From Bacillota bacterium (lineage in GTDB: Bacteria; Bacillota; Limnochordia; Darwinibacteriales; Darwinibacteriaceae): a DNA stretch of 56,064 nt. The stretch is from NCBI GenBank assembly GCA_012521465.1, contig JAAYMI010000109.1:1-56064 (forward strand). The letters run 5' to 3'. The notes under the pieces were generated by a model, which had not been told where the DNA came from, searched no databases, and was given only the letters and a program-made list of their open reading frames with translations. This document shows positions 55,200 through 56,064 of this stretch, piece after piece. Every line of letters begins with the position of its first letter. Position 1 is the first letter of the stretch. Position numbers and translations under genes: made by a program.

Positions 55200-55868
55200 T
55201 TACGTTTGAAAGGTCGATCCCCGCGCGTGCGGGGGAGCCCCCAACGCCTCCCGTAATTCGCTGCCCTCAAGGTTTCCTGTGTAAATATTGGAATAGGCGT
55301 TTAAACTTCGCTGGTCTATATAGGAAAGTAAATTCGTATGGTCAAAATCGGATAACTTAACAGAAGCTATATCGTCCCAGATAACCAAATCAACCGTTCC
55401 AAGCCTTGTCCTAACCTCTTGAAACCTCTCATCCTTTCGGTCGAAGTTCTCCTTTATTTTTGTAAGAAATGTGGGGACGTGTAAAAAAATTCCCCGCCAC
55501 CTAAATCCGTTGCCCGCCCAAATTAAATCGAAATACTTCTGCATTAGCTTAATTGCCCAAGTTGTTTTACCGTTACCAAAGTTTTTGCTGTAGAGGTATA
55601 AACTCGCCCCTGTTTGTACAAACTCTAGTATGTTCTGGCGAATTTCGTCTAATCGCAAAAAGGCTTGCAAATCCTGCGGGTCTGGTGATAAGGGGTTCGA
55701 GTACTGTCTATTCTTGGGAATACCGCTGGTCTGCATCAAAAAATCCATTTCCATGTAACGAAGGCAGGAGGCGTTGCACTTATCCCCAAGATACAGTCCG
55801 CATGTCTCTTTATACCAACAATCCTCCTGCCTGAACTCGTACCTATAATCCATCCTGGACTCTCCCAT
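55200..55868 (-). CDS. DnaC/IstB-like AAA+ helicase-loader protein, apparently 3'-truncated
   Basis: It has a Cys-rich N-terminus, Walker A NFGNGKTTW, Walker B VDLVIWDDI and sensor TGN. The ORF ends 22 aa after TGN without the usual Arg-finger region. Its last 13 codons run through the CRISPR-like unit. Confidence 0.7.
   Translation of the reverse strand: MGESRMDYRYEFRQEDCWYKETCGLYLGDKCNASCLRYMEMDFLMQTSGIPKNRQYSNPLSPDPQDLQAFLRLDEIRQNILEFVQTGASLYLYSKNFGNGKTTWAIKLMQKYFDLIWAGNGFRWRGIFLHVPTFLTKIKENFDRKDERFQEVRTRLGTVDLVIWDDIASVKLSDFDHTNLLSYIDQRSLNAYSNIYTGNLEGSELREALGAPPHARGSTFQT
55213..55241 (+). repeat. single type I-E-like CRISPR repeat unit (solitary; not an array)
   Basis: GTCGATCCCCGCGCGTGCGGGGGAGCCCC shares the TCCCCGCGC-NNN-GCGGGG hairpin core with type I-E repeats, e.g. 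E. coli GAGTTCCCCGCGCCAGCGGGGATAAACCG (from memory). There is only one copy in the window. Confidence 0.4.
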
Positions 55869-56064
55869 TACATGTCATCTAAATGCCTCTGCATGCGGTT
55901 AATTGTTTGGGTATACCCATTCCGCCTCTTTGCGATCATTATAATAAACTCTCTAATATCATTCTCATTTTCTGCCATCCAATAACCGCCCCCATCTGTT
56001 TCTTTTGAGCATATAGGATGCTCCTTCCGTAATTCGGTAATCACCTCCTTTAACTTGCGAAGTG
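55262..56064 (-). mobile_element. AT-richer phage/plasmid-like replication-module fragment
   Basis: Hand-counted 60-nt lines here give about 37-40% GC, against about 53% in a sampled core line. The fragment has tightly coupled genes and a helicase-loader homologue, and it is cut by the window edge. Confidence 0.45.
55868..56064 (-). CDS. hypothetical phage-like protein, C-terminal part only (window edge)
   Basis: The frame is open to the window end (...LRKLKEVITELRKEHPICSKETDGGGYWMAENENDIREFIIMIAKRRNGYTQTINRMQRHLDDM). Its stop overlaps the next start as TAATG. Confidence 0.55.
   Translation of the reverse strand, partial: LRKLKEVITELRKEHPICSKETDGGGYWMAENENDIREFIIMIAKRRNGYTQTINRMQRHLDDM

Noticed and set aside
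54890-55212. Identifying this stretch as tmRNA, RNase P RNA, SRP RNA or a group II intron fragment.
   Set aside because: I found no tRNA-like acceptor/T-arm with CCA, no GTGCG intron 5' end or domain V motif, and no other hallmark I could recognise by eye.
55213-55400. Calling a CRISPR array.
   Set aside because: - Only one repeat unit exists.
- There is no second copy at the expected spacing of about 60-61 nt, or anywhere else in the window.
- There are no cas genes in the window.
- I therefore reported it as a solitary repeat, not an array.

Overview
The window looks like a chromosomal segment from an endospore-forming, strictly anaerobic Firmicute (Clostridia-like). GC is in the mid-50s % in the lines I hand-counted. 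The taxon call rests on two alpha/beta-type SASP genes, spore photoproduct lyase, anaerobic ribonucleotide reductase NrdDG, pyruvate:ferredoxin oxidoreductase, and rubredoxin, ferredoxin and flavodiiron O2-detoxification genes.

Most of the content is core metabolism:
- two tRNA-Ser genes, tadA and ppx;
- an alpha-glucan/NDP-sugar cluster (GT4, a nucleotidyltransferase fused to a PGM-like module, a short GT35 phosphorylase), divergent from GH65 phosphorylase-MFS-CBM9-like genes;
- a shikimate operon, aroF-aroA-aroC-(aroB::chorismate mutase::aroK);
- a histidine operon hisZ-G-D-B-A-F-IE-C that lacks hisH;
- nrdDG and splB, a peroxiredoxin, an SDR, TraX, a frameshifted EamA transporter, pepT and HAD hydrolases;
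- an RpiR-linked sugar ABC transporter.

I could not recognise a canonical defence or mobile system. The most unusual items are:
1. a solitary type I-E-like CRISPR repeat at 55213-55241, at the point where an AT-richer phage-like replication module (a 3'-truncated DnaC-like loader) abuts host-like DNA;
2. a three-enzyme AroB-CM-AroK fusion;
3. a nucleotidyltransferase whose PGM-like module has lost the canonical catalytic motifs;
4. a PAS protein carrying an abnormally short MCP signalling hairpin;
5. a terminator-like hairpin 10 nt upstream of the nrdD ribosome-binding site;
6. several RBS-supported small ORFs missing from the ORF track, including a rubredoxin.

All calls come from reading motifs by eye. 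No database search was run.
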